32,056 nt of DNA from positions 3,012-35,067 of the forward strand of contig NW_008246199.1 in assembly GCF_000281045.1 (NCBI RefSeq), read 5' to 3'. Positions within the stretch are counted from its first letter, which is position 1. Every line of letters starts with the position of its first letter. The position numbers were made by a program, and so were the translations under genes. Origin of the DNA: Saprolegnia diclina VS20 (lineage: Eukaryota). The notes beneath the pieces are model-generated. The model searched no databases and was not told the DNA's origin. It was given only the letters and a program-made list of their open reading frames with translations. Positions 20,707-29,613 of the stretch are shown here, in pieces.

Positions 20707-22635
20707 TTATATCACGGCACAAAACTCGTAGCCGGGATGCTCCGCTTGCAGCGCTACAAGACCCGGCACGATGACGCCGGCGTCAACAAAAGCCAGCGTT
20801 CTGCCGTCGTCGAGGGTCTCGCACCGAAGCGCGTGTCCTGGCGCTGCGCGGGGTAGGGTCTGCATGGCCGTGTAAGCGCACAGATTCACGGACGAATACA
20901 CGAGGTAGAGATCGGCGACCGGCAGAACAAGGACCCAATGCGTTCCGAGACTCAGCGAGCGAGACCCAACGAGGAGCTCGGCCAGGTCAAAGCCCGAACC
21001 TCGTCGGTGGGCGTCGATTGCCCGTAGAAACGAATTGCGTCCGTGGTTGGGGCGCGCTTTCTGCAGCAAACATCGCATGCACACGGCAATGAGCGCTGTC
21101 ACGAGAAGGCCAAATGTATCGCACATCAGTAGCGTCGTCATGTCTTCCGAGCCCCAAACCGCAGCTTCGGCCATGCCATTGCCCATATCGACAACGTTGA
21201 CGCGTTCCGTGAGGTAGAGACTGCCCCGTGTAAAGCCTCCGACGAGGAAGCCAACGATAAAGCCGAGCACGATACTTCGACACGAACAGTAGCGCTCAAT
21301 GGTGCGGATGGGGCGACCCAGGTATGTCATGACGCCTGGCGGAAGATGACGTGTTGTGACAAGCCACCGCAAGAACGTCCATATACCGACGCAGACCCAG
21401 GCGTGTCGCATCGCATACATGGCCGCTTGGAGCAAGTCGGCGACATTGCCGTTCAGCGACGCTTGCCAGAAGAAGACTTCGACAAGTGTCTGCACCTCGG
21501 TGGTTGTCCCGATAGCGTACATCCCGTTGCCCACGAGATACCACGGATTCGCAAGCCAGAGCTGCGAGAGACTCAGGACGGACCGACCGGCGTCAAGCGT
21601 TGGAATCTCCGGCCTCGGTCGGTGCAGGAGGGTGTCGAGAATGGCTGTATAGTACGCCGACGTTTGTGTCGGGATGCGTGTCGTTCGGCGTGATGTGAGA
21701 CGCCAGAGCTCCCGCGTCAAAACGCCAAACACAAGGAGCTGACCGACATAGTCCAGAAACGTCAGCAACCGACTCTTTTGGCCAAAGAGGATGTTGACGT
21801 CTTCGGTGTCATCGCCCTCGATCGCCGGCGACACCTTGTATACCAGTGAATCGCCGATCTTCTCGGCTTTGCACTGCGAAATATGCGTCTCGACACTCAA
21901 AACACCTCCCGCATCGCGCTGCTGGGCGACGATGTACCCAGCTCGAAACCGGAATTGGCTCACGTTGGCCGCTAGACCGAGCGGTGGCATGTAGTACCGT
22001 TGATCGGTGCAGTGCAGATACGAGGTGCCGTAGCCGGACCGTGCATCATCCACAACGTGAAGGCGTGGTGCGTCGTGGCTGCCACCCGACGCGACAGTCC
22101 ATCCGACGCAACTCGGCGGTAAATTGGTGTGCACGAACCGTAGCAGTCGCCGGGACACGCCGTCGTGGTTGTACATGGTATGGTACTGAACGCCGAGCGA
22201 GATGTTGACGCGCATGCACCAGCTGAGCGAGTGGTTGCCGCCAGGAAAAGCGAGAGACGCATCACGAACGCCGATGCGCTTGCTCTGGCCCGCATGCCCT
22301 TGTTGCAAAATGCTTTGGATCTTGACGTCAACGGGCAGAAGCGGTGTCAAGTTGTACACGCCATGGACGATATCGTCCATAAAGGACGCTTGGCGCATGA
22401 GAAGATTGTCCACAAGCGACGAGGTTTGGAGAAACGCTGCGATCGAGTAGATGTTGATAACGAGATTGAGACTGCGGAGAAGGGCGTCGAGGACGAGGAA
22501 TTGCTTGTACGAGACGCGGCGCGCCCAGCTCGACGCGCGACGCGACGAGAGCTCGGAAGCTGGAGGCAGCGTGTCGAAACGACCGACGGGCTCTCCCGCG
22601 GCGGCCGTGATCCACGAGCAGAGATGCTGGACCAT
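20707..22635 (-). CDS. Unknown multi-pass membrane protein family 'A', paralog 3 (642 aa)
   Basis: Intact ORF with the same motifs, ending YEFCAVI; convergent with the esterase. Confidence 0.88.
   Translation of the reverse strand: MVQHLCSWITAAAGEPVGRFDTLPPASELSSRRASSWARRVSYKQFLVLDALLRSLNLVINIYSIAAFLQTSSLVDNLLMRQASFMDDIVHGVYNLTPLLPVDVKIQSILQQGHAGQSKRIGVRDASLAFPGGNHSLSWCMRVNISLGVQYHTMYNHDGVSRRLLRFVHTNLPPSCVGWTVASGGSHDAPRLHVVDDARSGYGTSYLHCTDQRYYMPPLGLAANVSQFRFRAGYIVAQQRDAGGVLSVETHISQCKAEKIGDSLVYKVSPAIEGDDTEDVNILFGQKSRLLTFLDYVGQLLVFGVLTRELWRLTSRRTTRIPTQTSAYYTAILDTLLHRPRPEIPTLDAGRSVLSLSQLWLANPWYLVGNGMYAIGTTTEVQTLVEVFFWQASLNGNVADLLQAAMYAMRHAWVCVGIWTFLRWLVTTRHLPPGVMTYLGRPIRTIERYCSCRSIVLGFIVGFLVGGFTRGSLYLTERVNVVDMGNGMAEAAVWGSEDMTTLLMCDTFGLLVTALIAVCMRCLLQKARPNHGRNSFLRAIDAHRRGSGFDLAELLVGSRSLSLGTHWVLVLPVADLYLVYSSVNLCAYTAMQTLPRAAPGHALRCETLDDGRTLAFVDAGVIVPGLVALQAEHPGYEFCAVI
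21739..22425 (-). repeat. Second arm of the 687-bp inverted near-identical tract
   Basis: Reverse complement matches 17111-17797. Confidence 0.92.
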
Positions 22636-22935
22636 CGATTTGAAACGTTCGTTATCGGACTATGAAGTTTACCGTTTTACAAGCCAAATAGGAGCATGGG
22701 AACGCGGCCAGAGATCGATGCTCCATGGTGCAAGGTCATCTTGTAGGTACATTGCTGACCGCCCGAGAGACAATCATGTACAAACATGCGGTACATGCAT
22801 CGTTGTCCGCGATCATCTACTGGACACAGCAACTTGACACCTAATCCCATATACGTCCAACTAGGATCTTATTGGACGAGGCTGGACCATCAATTTATCG
22901 TCCATCAACGACACCGGAGTGGATTATTGACTAGA

Positions 22936-24911
22936 TTACTCCCAAAAAATCGTGCCCTCGTTGGCGTCGTCGGTCCACAAGAATGCATTCGCACCCCACT
23001 TGACCTGGTTTCCAATCGGGGGGCACCCCCGTGCTCGCTCAGCGGATCAATGTCCATGTCGGGCGTCATGACGTAAAAGAATGCAGCGCTCAGGCCTTTT
23101 GCGACCACGCTCAGCCCTTGGTTGCACTCGTTATTGGTCGCACTTGTCGTTGGCGAGAGGGTGCTGGGGACAGCTGCATGCGGAAACGCGGTCGTGCCGC
23201 CCCCCGCCACGTCGTTGAGGTACACGAAGAGCGTCGCAAACCGGTTGGGACTCGTGTGTTTGACGTACGACGGCAGCGTATAGTGAAACCGGGTATCGTC
23301 GACAGCCGCTTCCCACGCCGCAATAAGGTGGCGTACGAGCCCAGGGACGTTTTGAAGCAAGAGGTGGAGGCAGTCGCGCCGCGTCTTGTACGTTTGAAAG
23401 AAATCAAACCACGTTGGCGTCAACATCGTCCGCAGCGCATCGGGCGATGCATGGGCTTCCAACAGTGAGAGCAGTTGGAACTGAAACCTGTCGTCAAACT
23501 TGGGGTACAACGACCCCGCGGGCGCGACGCTGGCGGGCACCGCATCGACACCGAGGATCGACACCTTTTCCTTGACCCAGCGGATCCAACGTAAAAAGTG
23601 ACTCATGCCGGCGCCGCGCGCAGTCGAGAACGTCGTTGGAAACGCATACCGCAGTCGTATGCGGTTCGCGGCGGCTTCCCACGCCTGGATGATCGATGGC
23701 AAATAGGTCGGACGCTGCTTGAGGACGAGCCGCATCGTGCCGCCGACGCCCGACGCCACGTCCTGGCGGCTCGTGAAAAAGTGCGGCTGTGAGTCCAAAA
23801 ACAGCTGCAGCAGCGCATTTGGGAATCGCTTGAATCGCGCGGCCGCGGGTTCAGCGCGTCGCCTGGTTGGAATCCTGCTGGCGCGTCGTTGCCGAGCGCA
23901 TCAATGGCCTGTGCTGCCCACTTTGCCCGCGCGAGATAGTCGTCAAAGTCCTTGTCGTTGGCGTGCGGCGGCAGAATGTTTTTGGAGCTCATCGTGTCGA
24001 GGTGCTTTCGGTAGTATTCGCCGCTCTTGTAGCGCACGAGTTGGAGCCGCTCGGCAAACGACGGGCTCGGGAGGCCCGCACCTGCATGTGCCGTGTGAGC
24101 TCGCTGTCGCGCAAGAACGCCGTGTGGCTCGTTCTTATCGTCGACACTTCGCCGTCGGCAGATTCACCGACCACCGACCGCTGCAACCCCGGCGTGCCTT
24201 CTGCAATGATCGCATTCGCCTCGGCATGTGTGAAAAAGCCCTCGACGCCAAACACCTTGGGCGAGAGGCTCAGCGTGCGCAGTGTGACGCCATCGACCGA
24301 GAACGTATGGTTGTTGCAATGCCGGGCCAGACCCACAGCTGAAAGTCGAGGAGGACGTGTACGATGCGGTTGGCGACCTCGAGGTCGTCTGCTGATGTGA
24401 TCGGCAGACTGTACTGGGACACGAGGCGGACGCCGTTTGCGATGCGAGACGGGTGAGCACCGAGCGCTCGCGCAGCTTGCATGGCGATCGTATGGAGACA
24501 GGTGCTGTCGCCGTGCCACGGCAGAAAGAGGCCATCGTTCTCGCCGTTGAGCATGACAAACACGGACGCATTGGCCGCCAGCGTCCCGATTGGCAGCTGC
24601 ATGAGCGGCGCGACAGGCACCCGCTCGCTGCTCGGGCGCGGGTCATACGCGCACGCCAGGGGCTCGAGAAAGAACTGCGGATCCACATGCACGAGGTTCG
24701 TCTCGTATTTCGATACGAGCGCGCCGTCGACGAGCTGCGTGCTGTTGACAAGGGTCGTGGCCGGCGGGCGCGCCAGCGCAGCGCGCAAGGCGGTTTCCTG
24801 GACGTCCTGGTGACGCAGCGTCGACGACGGTCGGTACAAATGGATGGCGATCCCGAGAGCAACCATCGTGAGCACCGAGGCCCACGAGAGTCTCGTCCAC
24901 CGACGAGTCAT
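22936..24911 (-). pseudogene. Prolyl 4-hydroxylase-like 2OG-Fe(II) dioxygenase, type II membrane anchored, disrupted by four frameshifts
   Basis: Reconstructed as MTRRW..TM..WVWPGIA /fs ~24313/ NHTF..TLSLSPKVFGVEGFFTHAEANAII..RTSHTAFL /fs ~24073/ LPSPSFAERLQLVRYKSGEYYRKHLD /fs ~23826/ ..NRFATLFVYLNDVAGGGTTAFP..SEHG /fs ~23028/ GCPPIGNQVKWGANAFLW..WE*. The HxD, distal His and 2OG-binding Lys of P4H are all recognisable. Confidence 0.85.
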
Positions 24912-25573
24912 TCTCGCCAAGTGTCCAAATCGAATGTGTTCCGAAAGCAGGTACGCATCTGAGTCGCCGGATGTTTTCAAACATCTGGTGAAACGATATC
25001 CGGAAGTCAGACCGCCAGGCGTGGTCCACCGGGTCATTGCATCCATCTTGCTGCCGATGGATGAGCGATGCATGAGTGGTGTCACTGGGCGTCACTTAGC
25101 AGCACCAACCCCATAGTCGTGTTCAAGACCCGGGCAGCTCGATTGTCTCCGGGTTTAAGCATTAAGCACCGCGTGAGAGGCCATGTCAACACCTCGTCCG
25201 CGAATCCTACCTCCGTTTCCGCCAAGTACCCAAACTACGGGTAGGGAAGAAGGCCAAAACCACAATCTATCACAGACTCGACGTCGCATTAGAAGAATGG
25301 ACTGCTTTCACCACAAGACGAACGCTGCTTACTGCTGCATGGAGGGCTATAATGACGCCACTTGACGATTCCAATAGCTCGTCACTACCCGAGCACCGCT
25401 TGTACGTAGTTTATAACAGCATCTGCGACTACCAGGTAGTGATGCTTGGCGAGCCTCCAGAGCTGCAACCTCCTTGCGACACCTACATGAACCCAAATCA
25501 TATGCAGAAATCAAAATCTTGACACCAAAAGGGTTCCTCTATCCTCTCTTCCATCGTCATCTCGCGCCGACAC

Positions 25574-28500
25574 TTAGGCGTCTTCGGGCGTGAGCGCGTC
25601 GACAAGCGCGTCGACGGTCGCATGGCCGCACGCCGTCGCACAGCGTTCGCAGAGTGTCGTCATGGCCGCGTCGACGTCCGGCGAGTACTTCCAGCAGCGC
25701 GGGCACTTGTGGCCACTCGCGAGCGTCACAGTGAGCTGCAACGGCAGCGAAGCGTCGCCGACGTTGAGCGTGTGCGACGCATCGGTCGTCAGCGGCGTCA
25801 ACGTGATGCCCGAGCAGAGCATCATGTCTTCCAGGACGCGGCCATCAACGCGCGCGAGGATCGCGAGGAGCTCAGGCGACGCGCCAATGTGAACGTTGCA
25901 CTCGAGCGTCGTCTTGACGTCGCCAGCGTCACGCATGGCTTCGACGACGCGGTTGACTTCAAAGCGAAGCTGGCGAAGGACGTCCCAGTCCTTGGCAAGC
26001 GCCGGGTTGTGCCATTGCGCCTAGCGTCATTTTGAATGTATTTCGATCGATTTTCCGATGTTTCCAGCGTTTTTACCTCGGACTGGAACCAGCCGTCAAG
26101 GAACACGCTGCCCGGCGCGTCGTTGATGAGCTGCTTGGTGTACTGCGCGAGGCGGTGCATGCGAATGTCTTCGGCCGTGTGGCAAATCACGGGCGCGATC
26201 GCCGTGTTGATCGTGCGGAGCGCCATTTCAAGCACCTACAGTTCAAAAACACGTTGAAAATCCGAAAAAGGCCACATGAAAAATCCGAAAAATGAAAAAT
26301 CCGAAAAACAAAACATACCGTCTGCGTCGACCGGCGGAGCGGCGACTGCGGCGCTTCGCAGTACAAGCGGTCCTTGCACGCCTCCATGTAAAAGGCCGAG
26401 AGGTCGGTCGCAATAAAGTGCGCGAGCGCTTGCTGCACCTTGTTGAACGCAAACGTCTCATACCTACGTATAAATCCGATAAATCGAGAAAAAACGAAAA
26501 AAAAACCCTACCCGTCCGTGACGGTCGTCTGGAGCTCCGACAACAAGTGCAGCATGTACTGGTCGAGCGGCGTCAAGTCGGCATACGGCACCATGTCGGT
26601 GCGCGGGTCAAAGTCGTTCAAGTTGGCGAGCAAAAACCGCGCCGTGTTGCGCACCTTGCGGACGCTGTCGCTGACCTTGACCATCGTCGAGGGGCCGACC
26701 GACACTTGGTTGGTGTAGTCGGTCGTCGCGACCCAATACCGCATCGTATCGACGCCGTACGCCGGGATGTTTTGCTTCTTCTTGCCGTCAATAATGTCAC
26801 TTGGCACCAACACATTGCCGAGGGACTTGGACATCTTCTGCCCCCGCTCGTCCAGAATGAAGCCGTGCGTGATGATCTGCTTGTACGGCGCCTTCTTCTG
26901 GACGGCAAGGGACGTGAGCAGCGATGACTGAAACCAGCCGCGGTGCTGGTCCGAGCCCTCGAGGTAAATGTCGGCCGGGCGGCCGTCCAAAACCGCAAGC
27001 CACGAGCTGCCAGAGTCAAACCACACGTCCAGTGTATCCATGCCCTTGCGGTACATGGCCGGATCGTATCCGGGCGGGAGGAGCTCCGAGAGCGGCAGCG
27101 TCCACCAAGCGTCCGAGCCGCCATTCGCCGCCATGACGGTCTGTACGTGCTCGATCGAGTCGGTCGTCAAGAGCGGCGCGTCCGTCTCCAGGTCGTAAAA
27201 GACTGGGATCGGGACACCCCACGCCCGCTGGCGGGAGATGCACCACTCGTTCCGGCTCGAGAGCGTCGCTTCCAAGCGGCGGCGGGACGACTTGGGATGC
27301 ATTGCTACGTCGTTGAGTGCATCGTGGCCGAGCGCATGCAGCGTATCGAGCTTGGCAAACCACTGCTTGGTCGCGCGCAAGATGATGGGCTTCTTCGTAC
27401 GCCAGTCGTACCTAGCCATTGCGTTGTCAAAAGTAAATGTGGAAGTAGTTGTCGTACGGGTAGCGGTGGACGAGCTTGGCCGACTGCACGAGCGCCGCTT
27501 CCTTGGCACCAAGTGCCTCGAGGACCGCCGCCGTGCCCTTGGTTTGCACAAAGAGACCGGCGAGGTGCGGGCCGGCCTCGGCCGTGTACTTGCCCTTGCC
27601 GTCGACGAGGCACGTCATGCTGTTGTCCGTGCCAAACTGCGCATGGTGCGCCATCCACGCCTGGTAATCTTCTTGGCCGTGGGCCGGCGCCGTGTGCACA
27701 ACGCCGGTACCGGCGTCGGTCGTCACATGGTCGCCGAGCAGCGCGATCGAGTCGACGCGCTCGTCCAACGGGTTGGCAAAGACGTTGCCGAGGACGTCGG
27801 CGCCCGAGAAGGTCGCAATGATCTTGACGTCGGGCTGCTCCAAGATCGAGCTCGCATACGTCTCGACGAGGTCCTGGGCCACGAGATCGTAGGCGCCTGG
27901 CGCCGTCTCGATGAGGGCATACGTCAAGTCGCCCCTAGAACCACCCATGCGTGAGCCAAGTATCCGCAACGAGAGCGAGATTAGGAGGTGGTGTACCGGA
28001 AGCAGAGACCACGGTTGGCCGGGATCGTCCACGGCGTCGTAGTCCAAATGACGGCCGAGATCTAGGGCAATGACGAGTGTGATGCATCGAACGAAGGACT
28101 GGTGTACCGTGGCGTTGGCGGCGTGGGCCGAAAGGACACCTGTCGGCGTCTTGAGGCGGAAGCGAATGTACGCCGACTGCGACGTGTGCTCGTCGTTGTA
28201 CTCGAGCTCTGACTCGGCAAGCGCCGTACCCGACGACGGCGACCAGTACACGGGCTTGTATCCCTGCGAGATCAAGCCGTCTTGCACCTACGTCGACACT
28301 GCAGATACCTACTGGAGAGAATAGGGTACCATCTTCTTGAAGACGTTGTACTGCTTGACTTCGTACGACGGGTCCATCGTGTGGTACGCTGTGCCCGGCG
28401 CGCCGCTCCAGTCGGCCAAAACGCCCCAGCGCTGGAGATCCTTCTTCTGCGCGGCAATGGCCTCGAGCGCGAGCTCGCGCGAGTGGCGGCGGATCTCGGC

Positions 28501-28933
28501 CGGGTCCATCTACAGTTGCTGCATACGCCATGGCCCTTTGAGCCGATTCTTTATGCACCTGGTCGCGGTTGGTGTCCTTGAGCCGCTCGAGCGCCTTGAT
28601 CTCAATCGGGAGGCCGTGGCAGTCCCAGCCAGGAATGTACTCGATCTTATAGCCGCGCTGGAGCTTGTACCGGTTGAGCATGTCCTTGAGTACGCGGTTG
28701 AGGAAATGGCCCGTGTGCAGCGAGCCATTTGCAAACGGTGGCCCGTCGTGCAACAGGAACGTCGGCGCGTCCGGTCGCTCGGCCGCCTGGGCAGCGTAGA
28801 GCTGCGTCACGCAGCGCGCGTGCAGCTGCGGCTCGCGCACGGTCGCGTTCGCCCGCATCGGGAACTCGGTCTTGGGCAGGTTGAGCGTCTTGCGGACGAC
28901 ATCGCCGACGGGTTTGGGTGGCTTCGGAGCCAT
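25574..28933 (-). CDS. IARS2: Isoleucyl-tRNA synthetase, bacterial type 1 / mitochondrial-like (975 aa); 9 exons: 28933-28559, 28509-28330, 28287-28108, 28061-27997, 27934-27458, 27411-26512, 26463-26319, 26235-26077, 26020-25574
   Basis: Motifs TLNLPKTEFPM, LHDGPPFANGSLHTGH (HIGH), PGWDCHGLPIE, WTTTPWTIPAN, GTGVVHTAPAHG, WCISRQRAWGVPIP, YLEGSDQHRGWFQS, KMSKS and a C-terminal CPRCW..CERC zinc finger. Eight GT..AG introns splice to one open frame of 2928 nt. Confidence 0.96.
26255..26308. repeat. Short tandem repeat AAAATCCGAAAAA x3 inside IleRS intron 7
   Basis: tgaaaatccgaaaaa, tgaaaaatccgaaaaa and tgaaaaatccgaaaaa are directly visible. Confidence 0.8.
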
Positions 28934-28997
28934 GCTGCGTCCAATTGCGCAAATCGGCAAAGTCAAAATGGCCAATCACAGCGAGCGTATCTTGCAC

Positions 28998-29017
28998 TAT
29001 CCGGATGCATCCGGATA
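28998..29017. repeat. Perfect 20-bp palindrome upstream of IleRS
   Basis: tatccggatgcatccggata equals its own reverse complement. It lies 65-84 nt upstream of the ATG, near a CCAAT (28972-28976). Confidence 0.85.
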
Positions 29018-29166
29018 CGGGATTTGTTCGAAGCGGTTCGCTGCGTTTGATGCGCATCAAGCAACCCAGTCGCACTCGCGTCCTTGACTAGTCATCGTAG
29101 TATAGTCGCTTGTAGACTAGGGAGAGGTAAACGACTAACTTCTGCATTTACCGTACCAGCGCGAAT

Positions 29167-29525
29167 GACTGCCAAGGTAGCAGAGCACGAGGCAGTCCTC
29201 ATGTGACCTTGCCGACGACGCTCCCGAGCTCGCCGATGAGCGACGTCACTCGTCTCTTATCACCTGACAGAGACAACAACGCCTCGGGCTGAGGTCTAAA
29301 TGACCCCACCTCGCATCTTCTGCCGTCCTTACCCGCGGCTGTGAGAGACAAGCGACACTTCACACTTCACCTAGTGATTTTGAAGAGTCGCGCTTGTTGC
29401 CGGGAAAAAGGGCAAAGGAGGTTGATGACCACCTCGCCTGCTATGGGTGGTGGCGAGGCGGGTCGAGACCTTCGCAAGCCAAAGCCAAATCGAAACGGTG
29501 TCGAGGTTTGGCTATGCCTGCTCCC
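29167..29525 (+). ncRNA. Candidate structured non-coding RNA of unknown family
   Basis: Series of nested stems with G-U pairs favouring the + strand; see findings. No known family motif could be matched convincingly. Confidence 0.3.
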
Positions 29526-29613
29526 CCAAAAAACTCTATTTCCACTCTTTACATATACGTTGAAACGCCCAAAATTATGCTTGTAGGTCGATAATTCATT
29601 TCAAAGCTGCCAC

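Noticed and set aside
25166..25521. Stop-free + strand frame of about 118 codons with small hairpins nearby (25128-25154, 25227-25243)
   Set aside because: No early ATG and no recognisable motif. It could be a transposon relic but this cannot be supported without a search.
796..27954. Many long overlapping or antisense ORFs (e.g. 796-1410, 9731-10504, 10903-11739, 15252-16376, 26943-27821)
   Set aside because: They are shadows of GC-rich real CDSs on the opposite strand or frame and carry no recognisable motifs.
29280..29360. RNase MRP (GAGAG loop, GGGGTCATT), TPP riboswitch (GCTGAG, ACCTGA) or telomerase RNA
   Set aside because: The partial motifs lie on opposite strands or in the wrong order. 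There is no GAAAGTCCCC CR-I and no telomere template such as CTAACCCT or CTAAACCCT.
29417..29473. Hammerhead ribozyme or U3 snoRNA reading of TTGATGA..hairpin..GGTCGAGAC
   Set aside because: The hammerhead core needs CUGANGA and GAAA, but this has UUGAUGA and GAGA. U3 needs boxes A and B and a terminal CUGA, which are absent.
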